A stretch of 39,601 bases of DNA from Hymenobacter sp. GTDB lineage: Bacteria; Bacteroidota; Bacteroidia; Cytophagales; Hymenobacteraceae. The translations under genes and the position numbers were made by a program. A model generated the notes under the pieces. That model saw only the letters and a list, made by a program, of their open reading frames with translations. It made no database searches and was not told where the DNA came from. Below are positions 9,121-17,067 of this stretch, piece after piece (within the stretch, counting starts at the first letter, position 1; every line of letters begins with the position of its first letter). The stretch lies in NCBI GenBank assembly GCA_031387395.1, contig JANNDE010000145.1:1-39601 (forward strand), in the 5' to 3' direction.

Positions 9121-11013
9121 ATGTCAGAACTGACACCCAAACCCAATCTTTCGCCCAGCGTGCAAGCGCAGGGGGGCGTTGGCTCCGCTCCGGTGCCAAC
9201 CGTGGAGCATGGCGACCACCTGCACCATGACGAACACGAACACGACCATCATGACCAGCATTGGTTGTGGAAGTATGTGTTCAGCCAGGACCACAAGGTT
9301 ATTGCCAAGCAATTCCTGATTACGGGTATGCTGTGGGCTATTGTAGGTGGCACGTTATCTAGTCTTTTTCGTTTGCAGCTCGGCTGGCCTGAGGGTACAA
9401 TGGAGTGGCTGAAGCCAGTACTTGGCCACTGGATTGAAGCTGGTAAGCTGAACCCCGAGTTTTATCTGGCGCTGGTAACCATGCACGGTACCATCATGGT
9501 ATTTTTCGTGCTTACGGCGGGTTTATCAGGTACGTTTTCGAACTTCCTGATTCCGCTTCAGGTAGGTGCGCGTGACATGGCTTCGGGTTTCATGAACATG
9601 CTGTCGTATTGGTTCTTCTTTGTTTCCAGTGTGATTATGTTCTCGTCGCTGTTCATCGAGACAGGACCCGCTTCTGCCGGCTGGACAATATACCCGCCGC
9701 TGAGCGCGCTGCCGCAGGCTATTCCCGGCTCCGGCGCGGGCATGACGCTGTGGTTGGTGAGTATGGTGTTCTTTATCGTGTCGCAGCTGTTAGGCGGTGT
9801 GAACTACGTGACGACGGTTATCAACCTGCGGACCCGCGGTATGAGCATGAGCAAACTACCGCTCACCATCTGGGCTTTCTTCCTGACGGCCATCCTCGGT
9901 ATTTTGTCGTTCCCGGTTTTGTTCTCGGCTGCGTTGCTGCTGGTGTTTGACCGTTCGTTTGGCACCTCTTTCTTCCTTTCGGATATCTACATCGCTGGTC
10001 AGGCACTGAGCAACCAGGGCGGTTCGCCCGTATTGTTCCAGCACTTGTTCTGGTTCTTGGGTCACCCCGAGGTGTACATCGTAATCATGCCTGCTATGGG
10101 CATGGTGTCGGAAGTACTGGCCACTAACGCCCGCAAGCCCATTTTCGGCTATCGTGCCATGATTGGCTCGCTGATTGGTATCTCGCTGCTGTCGTTCGTC
10201 GTGTGGGCTCACCACATGTTCGTGACGGGTATGAACCCCTTCTTGGGTTCGGTATTCATGTTCCTGACATTGATTATTGCCGTGCCTTCTGGCGTGAAAG
10301 TATTCAACTGGCTGGCTACTCTGTGGCGCGGTAACATCCGATTCACGGCCGCTATGCTGTTCGCCATTGGCTTTGTGTCACTGTTTATCTCAGGCGGTCT
10401 GACCGGTATTATCCTTGGCAACGCGACGTTGGATATCCAGATGCACAATACCTACTTCGTGGTAGCTCACTTCCACCTGGTAATGGGTAGTTCGGCCTTC
10501 TTCGGCCTGTTTGCCGGTGTGTACCACTGGTTCCCGAAGATGTTCGGTCGTATGATGGATGAGAAACTGGGTTATATCCACTTCTGGCTGACTTTCGTGG
10601 GCGTGTACTTGGTGTTCATGCCGATGCACTATGTAGGTATCGCTGGCTTCCCCCGCCGTTATTATGCCTGGACTGGTTTTGATGCCTTCTCGCAATTCGC
10701 TGACCTGAACAAATTCATCTCGATTGCAGCCATCATCGCCTTCTTGGGTCAGTTCATCTTCATCTTCAACTTCTTCTACAGCATCTTCCGCGGCCGTCGG
10801 GCTACCATGAATCCATGGAACTCGACTACGCTGGAGTGGACGACGCCGGTAATTCCCGGCCATGGCAACTGGCCCGGCGAGATTCCGGCCGTGTACCGTT
10901 GGCCTTATGACTACAGCAAGCCCGGTTCAGAGGCGGATTTCATTCCGCAGAACGTACCGTACTCGCAAACGCAGTCGTCGAACCTGCCTTACGAGCAGGA
11001 GTTGGCCGATTAA
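9121..11013 (+). CDS. coxA: Cytochrome c oxidase subunit I, A1-type heme-copper oxidase
   Basis: SQDHKVI, TMHGTIM, GWTIYPPLS, WFLGHPEVY, WAHHM, VAHFH, GFPRRY. Confidence 0.97.
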   Translation: MSELTPKPNLSPSVQAQGGVGSAPVPTVEHGDHLHHDEHEHDHHDQHWLWKYVFSQDHKVIAKQFLITGMLWAIVGGTLSSLFRLQLGWPEGTMEWLKPVLGHWIEAGKLNPEFYLALVTMHGTIMVFFVLTAGLSGTFSNFLIPLQVGARDMASGFMNMLSYWFFFVSSVIMFSSLFIETGPASAGWTIYPPLSALPQAIPGSGAGMTLWLVSMVFFIVSQLLGGVNYVTTVINLRTRGMSMSKLPLTIWAFFLTAILGILSFPVLFSAALLLVFDRSFGTSFFLSDIYIAGQALSNQGGSPVLFQHLFWFLGHPEVYIVIMPAMGMVSEVLATNARKPIFGYRAMIGSLIGISLLSFVVWAHHMFVTGMNPFLGSVFMFLTLIIAVPSGVKVFNWLATLWRGNIRFTAAMLFAIGFVSLFISGGLTGIILGNATLDIQMHNTYFVVAHFHLVMGSSAFFGLFAGVYHWFPKMFGRMMDEKLGYIHFWLTFVGVYLVFMPMHYVGIAGFPRRYYAWTGFDAFSQFADLNKFISIAAIIAFLGQFIFIFNFFYSIFRGRRATMNPWNSTTLEWTTPVIPGHGNWPGEIPAVYRWPYDYSKPGSEADFIPQNVPYSQTQSSNLPYEQELAD

Positions 11014-11038
11014 GTAGTCAAAATAACGCAAGTCCCCG

Positions 11039-11070
11039 AACGGGCCGCCTCATCGGCGGCCCGTTTTTTT
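11039..11070 (+). terminator. Rho-independent terminator after coxA
   Basis: AACGGGCCGCC-TCATC-GGCGGCCCGTT followed by a T run. Confidence 0.9.
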
Positions 11071-11143
11071 GCCTGCTGGTTACGCCACCATTCGTGGGAG
11101 TTGGCTGTTAACAAGTGGATGAAGTCACAACCGTTTTTTAAGA

Positions 11144-12274
11144 ATGGAGAATAATTTCAATAGTGCCGCCTTGCGTCGTTTTCGCTGGTTTGGAATCCTT
11201 ACAGTGGTCGCCGTTTATCTGTTGATACTGGTAGGAGGCGTGGTGCGCAGTACTGGGAGCGGCATGGGCTGCCCCGACTGGCCCAAGTGTTTTGGCCAGT
11301 GGGTGCCGCCCACCGAGGCCAGTCAACTACCAGCCGATTATAAAGAGGTCTACACGGCCCAGCGTGTGGCCAAAAACCAGAAGTTAGCCCGCACGCTCCA
11401 GAAAATGGGTTTTGCGCAGGTGGCAGGCAGCATTTTCGCTCACCCCACCCAGTATATTGAAACGGATTTCAACCCGGTAAAAACCTGGATTGAATATGTG
11501 AACCGTTTATTAGGGGCGCTGATTGGGGTATTCGTATTCCTGACCGTAGTGTTTGCCTTGCCATACTGGCGGCGCGACCGGGCCATTTTCTGGCTGGCAC
11601 TCGCCTCATTCTTACTCACCGGCGTGCAAGGCTATCTGGGGTCGCTGGTGGTTTCGACCAACCTGTTGCCGGTGATGGTGACGGTACACATGGCGCTGGC
11701 GCTGGTAATTGTGGCAATGCTGCTCTATGCCGTCGACCGGGCGCAGTGGGGGAGGGGCATAGGTGCGGAAACCAATGTAGAGTCAATAGCGGCCGGCGAG
11801 CGGCGGCCGGCGCTGTCGGTGCAAGTGTGGCTGTGGGGGGCACTACTGCTCACATTCTGGCAGATTGTGTTGGGCACGCAGGTGCGCGAACAGGTCGATA
11901 TTGTATCGGCAGCAGCCGATTACCTGGGACGCGAAACCTGGGTCAGTAAGTTGGGCAGTGTATTCAGCCTGCACCGCACGATGTCGGCAGTTGTGCTGCT
12001 GCTAAATGTGTATGTGGCATATGAGTTGTGGCAGCTTGGTGGTGCGCATCTGCGCCGGCTGGTAGCGGCCACGCTGGCTACAATCGGACTAGAGATTTTG
12101 GCGGGGATTGTGCTGGCCTCGTTCGCGCTGCCGCCGGCCGTACAGCCGGTGCACCTCACGCTGGCGACGGCGTTGTTCGGCGTGCAGTTTTTGACGCTGC
12201 TGGCAGTGGCCCGCGCCCGAAAAGGTCGGGAAACTATGGCGCCACTGGATGCTGCCCGGCGGGTTGTTGCGTAA
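11144..12274 (+). CDS. ctaA: Heme A synthase (COX15/CtaA, Cys-containing type)
   Basis: GGVVRSTGSGMGCPDWPKC, VTVHM, LGTQVRE, LHR, QPVHL; about 8 TM helices. Confidence 0.9.
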   Translation: MENNFNSAALRRFRWFGILTVVAVYLLILVGGVVRSTGSGMGCPDWPKCFGQWVPPTEASQLPADYKEVYTAQRVAKNQKLARTLQKMGFAQVAGSIFAHPTQYIETDFNPVKTWIEYVNRLLGALIGVFVFLTVVFALPYWRRDRAIFWLALASFLLTGVQGYLGSLVVSTNLLPVMVTVHMALALVIVAMLLYAVDRAQWGRGIGAETNVESIAAGERRPALSVQVWLWGALLLTFWQIVLGTQVREQVDIVSAAADYLGRETWVSKLGSVFSLHRTMSAVVLLLNVYVAYELWQLGGAHLRRLVAATLATIGLEILAGIVLASFALPPAVQPVHLTLATALFGVQFLTLLAVARARKGRETMAPLDAARRVVA

Positions 12275-12279
12275 CTTTG
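12272..12279 (+). promoter_or_regulatory. Bacteroidota -7 promoter element upstream of ctaB
   Basis: TAACTTTG matches TAnnTTTG and overlaps the ctaA stop codon. Confidence 0.55.
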
Positions 12280-12304
12280 CGGCCCCGTTGGGGGCTGGCC
12301 CAGG

Positions 12305-13192
12305 ATGTCAGCGCCCACGGCGCACAAAACTCAGGTATTGATGGTGAAGGCCCGCGCCTATTTTCAGCTGCTCAAGTTCCGGCTTTCGCTCACGGTGGCG
12401 TTTTCTAGTGCCATCGGCTACATGCTGGGCGCGCACGAGCTCAGCTGGAGCCGCGCGCTGCTCGTCATGTTGGGCGGCTTGCTCGTAACGGGTTCCGCTA
12501 ATATTATTAACCAAGTTCATGAACGTGAGCTTGATAAGTTAATGACCCGCACCGCCAAGCGTCCGCTGCCCACTGGTGTACTCTCGCCGGCTGAGGCCTG
12601 GGTGTTCTGCGTGTTACTGGGTGTGGCCGGGCTTTCGCTGCTTTGGTACTGCTTCAACCCGCTCACGGCGGGCCTGTCGCTGCTCTCACTCATTCTCTAC
12701 GGTTTCATTTACACGCCGCTGAAGACGATTTCGCCCATCTGTGTGGCCGTGGGAGCTATTCCGGGCGGCCTGCCGCCACTTATTGGCTGGGTGGCCGCCA
12801 CCGGCTACATCGGGGTTGAGGCCTGGGTGCTGTTCGGGATTCAATTTATGTGGCAGTTTCCGCACTTCTGGGCCATTGCCTGGGTGGCCGATGACGACTA
12901 CAAGCGGGCCGGCTTTAAGATGCTCCCCACGCCTGGCAACCGCGATATCCGCACCGCTTTTCAGATAATGACATATACGCTACTGTTGATTCCACTGAGC
13001 TTGCTGCCGCTGGAGTTCAACATATCGGGTCGTATCTCGGCGCTGGTGGCCGTGGTGGCCGGCATTCTGTTCCTGCTGCTCACGGTGCAGCTTATGCGTA
13101 CCCAGTCGCGCAAAGCGGCACTGCGCATCATGTTCGCCTCGTTTCTGTATTTGCCCATCGTACAAATTGCCTTGGTGCTGGACAAAATCTAG
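12305..13192 (+). CDS. ctaB: Protoheme IX farnesyltransferase (heme O synthase); start may be ATG 12341
   Basis: NQVHERELDKLMTRTAKRPLP, YTPLK, GAIPGGLPPLIGW, WQFPHFWAIAW, DDYKRAG. Confidence 0.95.
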   Translation: MSAPTAHKTQVLMVKARAYFQLLKFRLSLTVAFSSAIGYMLGAHELSWSRALLVMLGGLLVTGSANIINQVHERELDKLMTRTAKRPLPTGVLSPAEAWVFCVLLGVAGLSLLWYCFNPLTAGLSLLSLILYGFIYTPLKTISPICVAVGAIPGGLPPLIGWVAATGYIGVEAWVLFGIQFMWQFPHFWAIAWVADDDYKRAGFKMLPTPGNRDIRTAFQIMTYTLLLIPLSLLPLEFNISGRISALVAVVAGILFLLLTVQLMRTQSRKAALRIMFASFLYLPIVQIALVLDKI

Positions 13193-13270
13193 TAGTTAAT
13201 TGTTAATGATGAGCGGTGGATGCTTCGTGCTCCGCTCGAAAATGCATTACCCGTTAACCACTGACCATAA
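13193..13270. repeat. Hairpin flanked by period-7 repeats
   Basis: TAGTTAA-TTGTTAA-TGATGAG ... CATTACC-CGTTAAC-CACTGAC, with an inner GAGCGG/CCGCTC stem. Confidence 0.65.
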
Positions 13271-13282
13271 ATCCCTAATAGT

Positions 13283-13867
13283 ATGACTCCTGAGATTTTA
13301 GCCGATAAGGAAACCGGTTTAGGCTGGCACCCGAAGCGCGTACTGCTCATCCTGCTTATTTTCAGCATCGTGATGATGTTCGCGGCTTTCACCAGCGGCT
13401 ACATTGTGCGCCGCGACGAAGGCAACTGGCGTGAATTCGACCTGCCCGCCTCCCTGCTCATCAACTCCATCCTCATTGCCCTGAGCAGTGCTACCATGCA
13501 GTGGGCGTTTTTCTCGGCTCGCAAAGACGAAATCAACCGTGCAAAAATCGGTTTGATGATTACGCTCGGCCTGGGGCTCGCCTTCTTGGTGGGGCAGTAT
13601 TATAGCTTTGGCGACCTAGTAGCCGGTAATACTTATTTCGGCGGCGCAGACGCCAATCCGTCGGGTTCGTTCGTATATGTACTCATGGGGGTGCATGCTT
13701 TTCACCTGATTACGGGACTTGTTTTTCTGGGCGTTGTGCTGAAGCGGACGCTTAATTATCAGGTGCATTCGCGCGCCATGCTCTCGATTGGTAATGCTAC
13801 CCTGTACTGGCACTTCCTGGGCGGCCTTTGGCTGTACCTGTATTTGTTCTTACTTTTGAACCACTAA
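13283..13867 (+). CDS. Cytochrome c oxidase subunit III family protein
   Basis: SIVMMFAAFTSGY, NSILIALSS, GVHAFHL, YWHFLGGLW. Confidence 0.9.
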   Translation: MTPEILADKETGLGWHPKRVLLILLIFSIVMMFAAFTSGYIVRRDEGNWREFDLPASLLINSILIALSSATMQWAFFSARKDEINRAKIGLMITLGLGLAFLVGQYYSFGDLVAGNTYFGGADANPSGSFVYVLMGVHAFHLITGLVFLGVVLKRTLNYQVHSRAMLSIGNATLYWHFLGGLWLYLYLFLLLNH

Positions 13868-13889
13868 TTTAGACGTTACGCTGTCCGCT

Positions 13890-14663
13890 ATGTCCCAACC
13901 GACCACCTTGCAGCCCTCTGCTGCTTCCGCTACCCTCGACGCTCCACGCACCGGCAACTGGGATGGCGGCAACGAACCCTTTAAAGCGAGCTACGGCAAG
14001 CTGATGATGTGGTTCTTTCTGCTGTCTGACGCCTTCACCTTCGCCGCCTTCCTCACTACCTATGGCATGATTCGCCATAAGCACGAGGTATTTACCGGCG
14101 AAGCCAAAGATTTCGTTTTTAGCACGCGGTGGTGGCCCATTCCGGACCATGTGTTTAATGCTTTTCCTGGTATGGGCGAAGCCAACGTGCCCCTGGGCTT
14201 CGTGGCTTTGATGACCATGATTCTGATTCTGAGCTCGGTGACCATGGTGTTGGCCGTTGAAGCCGGCCACCGCATGGACAAGGCCGATGTGCAGAAGTGG
14301 CTGCTCTGGACCATCCTGTTCGGCAGCACCTTCCTGGCCAGCCAGGCCTGGGAGTGGGGCCACTTCATCAATGGCCACGCCGAGCCGACCATTATGGCCG
14401 ATGGCACTAAGTTCTTCGGGGCCAACCTGCACATGAACCAGTATGGCCCGGTACTCTTCGCCGACCTATTCTTCTTCATCACCGGCTTTCATGGTACGCA
14501 CGTATTCTCGGGCGTCTGCCTGCTGGTGTGGTGCTTCATCGCTACCACTAATGGCACTTTCGAGAAGCGCGGCCACTACGAGATGATTGAGAAAATCGGC
14601 CTCTACTGGCACTTTGTAGACTTGGTTTGGGTGTTCGTATTCACTTTCTTCTACCTCGTTTAA
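13890..14663 (+). CDS. Cytochrome c oxidase subunit III family protein (second paralogue)
   Basis: GKLMMWFFLLSDAFTF, TGFHGTHV, GLYWHFVDLVWVFVF. Confidence 0.92.
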   Translation: MSQPTTLQPSAASATLDAPRTGNWDGGNEPFKASYGKLMMWFFLLSDAFTFAAFLTTYGMIRHKHEVFTGEAKDFVFSTRWWPIPDHVFNAFPGMGEANVPLGFVALMTMILILSSVTMVLAVEAGHRMDKADVQKWLLWTILFGSTFLASQAWEWGHFINGHAEPTIMADGTKFFGANLHMNQYGPVLFADLFFFITGFHGTHVFSGVCLLVWCFIATTNGTFEKRGHYEMIEKIGLYWHFVDLVWVFVFTFFYLV

Positions 14664-14668
14664 AAAAG

Positions 14669-14750
14669 TGTTGAATGCTGAATGTTGAGTGCTGAGTTAT
14701 CAACTTGGCCCACATTCAACCCTTAACCCTCAACATTCAAAACTTCAACA
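14669..14750. repeat. Period-7 inverted repeat array
   Basis: TGTTGAA-TGCTGAA-TGTTGAG-TGCTGAG ... TTCAACC-CTTAACC-CTCAACA-TTCAAAA. Confidence 0.8.
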
Positions 14751-15095
14751 ATGGCTTCTCACGCAACTACCGAGCATACGCTCGCCCCTGGCGAAATCGC
14801 CAAACCCAACACCGCCTGGATTTGGCGTGTTTTTGGTATTCTGGTGGCCATCACGGCCGTCGAATTCGTGTTTGTGTTTCTGATGCATCCCAGCACGCTG
14901 CGTAACAGCATTTTCATCGGCCTCACCATCCTCAAGGCTTTCTTTATCGTAGCCGAATTCATGCACCTGAAGCACGAAACCAAGGGGCTTATCTGGACCA
15001 TTATGGTACCGGTGACGCTGCTGGTCTGGCTGCTGGTAGCTCTTATCACGGAGGGTTCGTTCATGGGCGAAGTCCTGCAAAACATGTTCAAATAG
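14751..15095 (+). CDS. Cytochrome c oxidase subunit IV family protein
   Basis: ITAVEF and LTILKAFFIVAEFMHLKHE motifs, 3 TM helices, operon position. Confidence 0.88.
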   Translation: MASHATTEHTLAPGEIAKPNTAWIWRVFGILVAITAVEFVFVFLMHPSTLRNSIFIGLTILKAFFIVAEFMHLKHETKGLIWTIMVPVTLLVWLLVALITEGSFMGEVLQNMFK

Positions 15096-15098
15096 CGG

Positions 15099-15773
15099 AT
15101 GCGGCCCCGCCAAACCCTTTTGCTGGGGCTGCTGCTATTGTTGCCGGTACTGGCCTTTTTGTTCCTGTTCCGCTTCGGCACCAACCGTTACGCGCTGCCA
15201 ACTTACCTGTCCGACCGCGTGGATTCCACGCAGGTTGGCGGGGGTTGGCAGCGCGATACTGTTTTCCACCAAATCGCGCCGTTTCGGCTATTATCCTCAA
15301 CTGGCCGGGCGGTTAGCAGCCAGGAAATGGGGCAGGGCATCTACATCGCGCAGTTTTTTGCCGCCGACGCGGCCAGCCCGCAAGTAGCCCGCCAGCTGCT
15401 GCGGGTGCAGGAGAAGTTCCGTCACGAGCCCCGCGTGAAGCTGGTGACGTTCGTGCTCAACCACGACGACGCTAATACCGCCGGCCTCTCGAAACTAGCC
15501 GAGCAGTACGGCACCATTGCCGGCAAGTGGTTTTTCCTGGCTGGCCCGGCCGATACTTTGCAGCAGCTTACGCAGCGCGAGTTCCGCCTCACCGCCGACC
15601 CCAAGCGTCTGCCCGGCGCGGTTTACACGGCTAACATCCCCGCCGGCCGGCTGTTATTGGTCGACAATCAACGGCGCGTGCGTGGTATCTACGACGGTAC
15701 CGACGGGCGCGAAATCGACCGCTTACTCACGGAAGTAACCGTGCAGCTTTACGACTATGAACACCCCCACTAA
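15099..15773 (+). CDS. SCO/SenC-like thioredoxin-fold protein lacking CxxxC
   Basis: N-terminal anchor, FHQIAPFRL, KWFFLAG and LLLVDNQRRVRGIYDG typical of the SCO family; no Cys in the protein. Confidence 0.75.
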   Translation: MRPRQTLLLGLLLLLPVLAFLFLFRFGTNRYALPTYLSDRVDSTQVGGGWQRDTVFHQIAPFRLLSSTGRAVSSQEMGQGIYIAQFFAADAASPQVARQLLRVQEKFRHEPRVKLVTFVLNHDDANTAGLSKLAEQYGTIAGKWFFLAGPADTLQQLTQREFRLTADPKRLPGAVYTANIPAGRLLLVDNQRRVRGIYDGTDGREIDRLLTEVTVQLYDYEHPH

Positions 15774-16332
15774 CCAACTGCACCCGCCGGTGATGGCCCC
15801 CGGCGACTACACGCGCTACAAAATCATCCTCGGGACGCTGGGGGCGGTGGTGCCGCTGCTGGTGGCCGTACTGTTTTACTACAAAGGCGTTTTCCAAATT
15901 TCGGGTGCGGCACCCTACCTCAAGTCGCTGCCGGCGCTGAATGCGGTTCTGAATTCGCTGACTGCGGTAGCGCTGCTGGTCGGGTTTTACTTTATTCAGC
16001 AGAAAAATGTGCTGGCCCACCGCGCTTCGATGGGTACGGCTTTCATTCTGGGGGGCTTGTTCCTGCTGTCGTACGTCGCCTACCACTCGCAGGTCGACAG
16101 CACCCATTTCGGTGGCACGGGTACCATTCGTACGGTCTATTTCTTTCTGCTGCTCACCCACATCAGCCTGGCCGTTGTCACGGTAGGGCTGGTGTTGTTC
16201 ACGCTTTACTTTGCCCTCACGGGGCAGTACACCAAGCACAAGGCGATTGCGCGCTGGACGTTTCCGGTGTGGCTGTACGTGTCGGTGACGGGCGTAATCG
16301 TGTATTTCATGATTTCGCCGTACTATACCTGA
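15757..16332 (+). CDS. DUF420 family membrane protein (CtaM-like oxidase assembly factor)
   Basis: LPALNAVLN, HRASM, FLLSYVAYH, LLTHISLA, HKAIARWTFPVWLYVSVTG. Confidence 0.88.
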   Translation: MNTPTNQLHPPVMAPGDYTRYKIILGTLGAVVPLLVAVLFYYKGVFQISGAAPYLKSLPALNAVLNSLTAVALLVGFYFIQQKNVLAHRASMGTAFILGGLFLLSYVAYHSQVDSTHFGGTGTIRTVYFFLLLTHISLAVVTVGLVLFTLYFALTGQYTKHKAIARWTFPVWLYVSVTGVIVYFMISPYYT

Positions 16333-16372
16333 CATCGAGAAACTTTGCCGCTGCAATGGTGTTGCTCTACTT

Positions 16373-16630
16373 ATGAAAAAGACCTTTTTTACCGCCGCTT
16401 TCGTCCTTCTAATGGGCCTGTTGCTGAGCCTGGCCCCGTTGGCGGCCCAGGCCCAGTGCACGATGTGTAAATCGCAGGTGGAAGCCGCCCGACAGGAGCG
16501 CGACGACTACGACGTGGCTGGCCTCAACAAGGGCATCGTGTATATGATGACCGTGCCGTACATCCTGATGGGCGCGGTGGGCTACTTCTGGTATCGCCGC
16601 ACGCACCCCAGGAAGGTAGCCAACGCCTAG
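16373..16630 (+). CDS. Small exported membrane-anchored CxxC protein
   Basis: Signal peptide ending AQAQ, CTMC, GLNKGIVYMM, C-terminal TM helix and basic tail. Confidence 0.8.
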   Translation: MKKTFFTAAFVLLMGLLLSLAPLAAQAQCTMCKSQVEAARQERDDYDVAGLNKGIVYMMTVPYILMGAVGYFWYRRTHPRKVANA

Positions 16631-17016
16631 TGGCGGCGGTGCCTTCCACGGCCCTGGCGCTGTTGGAATTACGCCGCCCGCGCTGCCACACCGGCAAGCT
16701 GTTCGCGCATTCGGCCTGGAGTTTTCAGTTTATGGATATGTCGGTCGAATGCCCAGTATGCCACCAGACATACGAGCCTGAGCCCGGCTTTTACTACGGG
16801 GCCATGTACATCAGCTCGGGCTTTTCGACGGGAATTTTGCTGGCGATTGGGTTTCTGTTGAATTACTTTGCTAACGACCCGCCCGTGTGGGTATATGTAG
16901 TAACGGTGGGGGTGGCGGTGCTATCAGTTGCGCCGTTGCTGTTTCGCTATTCGAGGGCGGTGATGCTCTACTGTTTCGGTGGGGCGCGTTTCGACCCGCG
17001 CTATCTACCATACTAG
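16630..17016 (+). CDS. DUF983 family protein
   Basis: PRCHTGKLF, CPVC, EPEPGFYYGAMYIS, 2 TM helices, RYSR; GTG start abutting the upstream stop. Confidence 0.82.
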   Translation: MAAVPSTALALLELRRPRCHTGKLFAHSAWSFQFMDMSVECPVCHQTYEPEPGFYYGAMYISSGFSTGILLAIGFLLNYFANDPPVWVYVVTVGVAVLSVAPLLFRYSRAVMLYCFGGARFDPRYLPY

Positions 17017-17042
17017 CCTTCAGTTAAATACTGTGGTTAAGG

Positions 17043-17067
17043 ATGCTGCTCTCGGGCGGCATTTTTT
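17043..17067 (+). terminator. Probable intrinsic terminator ending the oxidase cluster
   Basis: ATGCTGCT-CTCG-GGCGGCAT followed by TTTTT. Confidence 0.6.

Noticed and set aside
286-10863. Long antisense ORFs opposite act/cox genes (e.g. 1799-3367, 854-1762)
   Set aside because: Shadow ORFs expected from high-GC codon bias; no motifs, and the sense genes are clearly real.
13283-14663. Two subunit III genes as a novelty
   Set aside because: From recall, a common arrangement in Bacteroidota oxidase clusters.
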